DNA of 64,000 bases, from positions 854,281 to 918,280 of the forward strand of contig CM082584.2 in assembly GCA_040954595.2 (NCBI GenBank), read 5' to 3'. How positions within the stretch are numbered: position 1 is the first letter of the stretch; every line of letters begins with the position of its first letter. This document shows, in pieces, positions 61,534-64,000 of this stretch. Origin of the DNA: Balanoglossus misakiensis (taxonomy: Eukaryota > Animalia > Hemichordata). A program made the position numbers and the translations under genes. Under the pieces are notes generated by a model, which was not told the DNA's origin, did no database searches, and saw only the letters and a list, made by a program, of their open reading frames with translations.

Positions 61534-62786
61534 TTTAATTTATATACTTATCAAATTGTAAGCTAACCAATATGGTTAGAAGTCTGATTTGCTTGGACGT
61601 GAACCAATATGATCTATCAAAATTTTCTGGTAAAAGTTTGAGTAACTATAACGTGTGCTTTCACCTTTTTTCATCATGTTGCTTGGGCCCTGACAATGCT
61701 GCTTTATAGCTACTACAGGATTAGATTACTTCCATTTGGCAGTAGCATATAAGTGTAATGGTGTAGAAAGTTTATCCTGTTTACTGAAAGAGGAATTGCA
61801 AGAGAAACCATGTGTTATAAAAAAAACTAGAAGATATTAAATAGCCTTAGTAAACATTTCCCAGAAACATTTCAATGAACAGTTACCATAATGTACTTTA
61901 CATTAGAGTCAGAGGTGACTAAAAGGCTAATATTGTCATTTGTGAAATGTACACAATTGTATTTATATTGTCGGTGAACTGTTTAGCTGTGTTGTCAGTT
62001 ATGTTGAGCTTATTAGATTGGGTGATTGTCTTATTGGGTGAGTGGTGTCACTGTCTGTCACTTTTCTTTACTGAAACCAAGGGGCCAATTACTTTGAAAT
62101 TTAGTATGCAGGTTCCTAGGGTGAAGTTGGTAGAGTTTATGTAAATTGTGGTGAAATGTGTAATTTTTGATCAATTTTAATTGTGTTTAGTTAAATTCTT
62201 TGTACAATTACTTTGAAATTTAGTATGTAGGTCCTTGGGGTTGATTTTACTGGAATTTGCTCAATTTGTGACAGAATGTGGAATATGTTATTTCGGAAGC
62301 AATTGCTTGTTTGGTCTTTTTTATTTCATAAACCAGATACTGTGATTGTTTTTTCTGTTCTTTTTTGTATGTGTGTCTATTTTCACAATTGAAATAAATT
62401 AATATAAGGCTATATAAAATAAATTGGAGTTTTATGCTTTTTGTGTAAGTATGAATGTATGTATGTGTGTAAGAAGATTGATATTGTTTGTATGGTTGAT
62501 ATCAGATATCATATGTCTTATAGTGAGAAAGAAACCACTACACAATTCCTAGTAGTATTTGTGGTAATATATCTGTTTTGAGAATATAGCCCATTAGTAT
62601 ATTGTAGTCTTTGTACAACTTTTCTTCAAAATGTGTTATATGAACAAATAAAATATGGCAAGAAGATGAATTGTTTCGAAGAATGAATCATAATAAACAG
62701 TAGAATTTGGTCAATTTTTGTTCAGGCATAAAGAAATAGCTTGTACATGAGCTTGCACGACGGTATTTGGTCAATACAGGGCGCAT

Positions 62787-62903
62787 GCATGTATGTATGT
62801 ATGTATGTATGTATGTATGTATGTATGTATGTATGTATGTATCTATGTATCTATGTATGCATGCATGTATGTATGTATGTATGAATGTATGTATGTATGT
62901 ATG

Positions 62904-62937
<34 letters not shown>

Positions 62938-63050
62938 TGTATGTATGTATGCATGCATGCATGCATGTATGTATGTATGTATGTATGTATGTATGTATGT
63001 ATGTATGTATGTATGTATGTATGTATATATGTATGTATGTATGTATGTAC
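62787..63050. repeat. (TATG)n microsatellite
   Basis: direct reading. Confidence 0.97.
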
Positions 63051-64000
63051 CTATCTAACACACAACACACACTGTGTATATTTGTTGGGCATTTTGGTTT
63101 TCTACCACATATCTCAGTAGTTTCCATGCCATAGTGACTCTTCAGTTTTACATAATGATATCCAATATAACCCAATCTACTATTAATGCGATTTTTTTTT
63201 TCATTTTGATTGTGGAAATGGTTAAAAATGAAAAACATCTGAATTTGTACTTTAATAAATATAAGCTATATAGTATTTTAAAATGGTCATAAATTTATGT
63301 TAACATGGCAAAACATGTTTTAGTGTTTATGTATACTTGTTTAATATAGAGAAATAATTGTACAAATAAAATGACAACTTACTTTTGCTTTTAAAAATAA
63401 TTAAAAATGGTAATGTTTCTTGAGATATACCAGGGTTTCTAGAATATAGAGGGCGCTGGCACGGGAACATTTGATGGTTGTCCCCAATACAACATTCTGG
63501 TATCATGTTTTATCATCTGTGGACATTTGGCAGCGATATCCAACAAGATGTGCATAAAATCCCGAGAAGGTCTTCTCGTTGTATTGCTTCTTGAGATATT
63601 GAAACTGTCTTGAATCCCAACGCGAATGTGATGGTGATGCGTATGTTGTTGCACGTAGTCACATCCGAAAACGAATCAAGTGCTCTTGTTGTTCAGCAGC
63701 TGAATATAGGTTAGTGGGATATGTGTATATTCTCGTGGTTATTTTTAATGAGTATAAATGACAGAATCGGTGGTTTGAACGTGTAAGAGTTGATGGTATT
63801 GGTTATGTAGTTGTGTTTTATCCAATGGTAGTGTGATTTTAATTGTGTATGAGGCGATGGCAGTTTTTATCAGGCTTTTTTTATTTTCGTGTCGAGCGAC
63901 ATCCAATATGGCGGTTGTCGTTATATACTGAAAGGGTTTCGTTTGTATGCATGTTTTGGCAAATTGTATATATGTTAAGATGGTGAAGTTTGCTTGAAGG

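Noticed and set aside
62688-63238. MYVC/HTYI repeat proteins (also 20266-20581)
   Set aside because: Translations of (TATG)n microsatellites.
63439-63654. 71-aa minus-strand ORF near the window end
   Set aside because: No splice-supported structure or recognisable motif; cannot be assigned.

Overview
AT-rich animal genomic DNA with spliceosomal introns and no prokaryotic features. A marine invertebrate such as a hemichordate or echinoderm is an inference from the repeat families. (1) 0.4-6 kb: last 11 exons of a sushi / Cys-rich GCC2-GCC3 / EGF single-pass membrane protein gene (SVEP1/uninflatable-like), with an in-frame TAG and three anomalous splice sites. (2) 12.6-41 kb: an old ~28-kb imperfect palindrome. 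Its arms (~10 and ~12 kb) begin at outward-facing promoter-like first exons and contain nested inverted repeats, arm-specific transposon insertions and apparent gene-conversion tracts. The 6.3-kb spacer holds a decayed secreted pentraxin gene. (3) 42.3-47.2 kb: a young full-length Gypsy (Mag-like) LTR retrotransposon with two clustered stop codons. (4) 47.2-55.4 kb: a decayed OB-fold (SSB/RPA-like) gene next to a TatD-like nuclease relic, mirrored around a tandemly duplicated 2.07-kb bidirectional-promoter-like cassette. (5) 57-61 kb: a 309-bp satellite interrupted by an L2 LINE, followed by a tRNA-like sequence and microsatellites. All alignments were made by eye, so boundaries and identity estimates are approximate.
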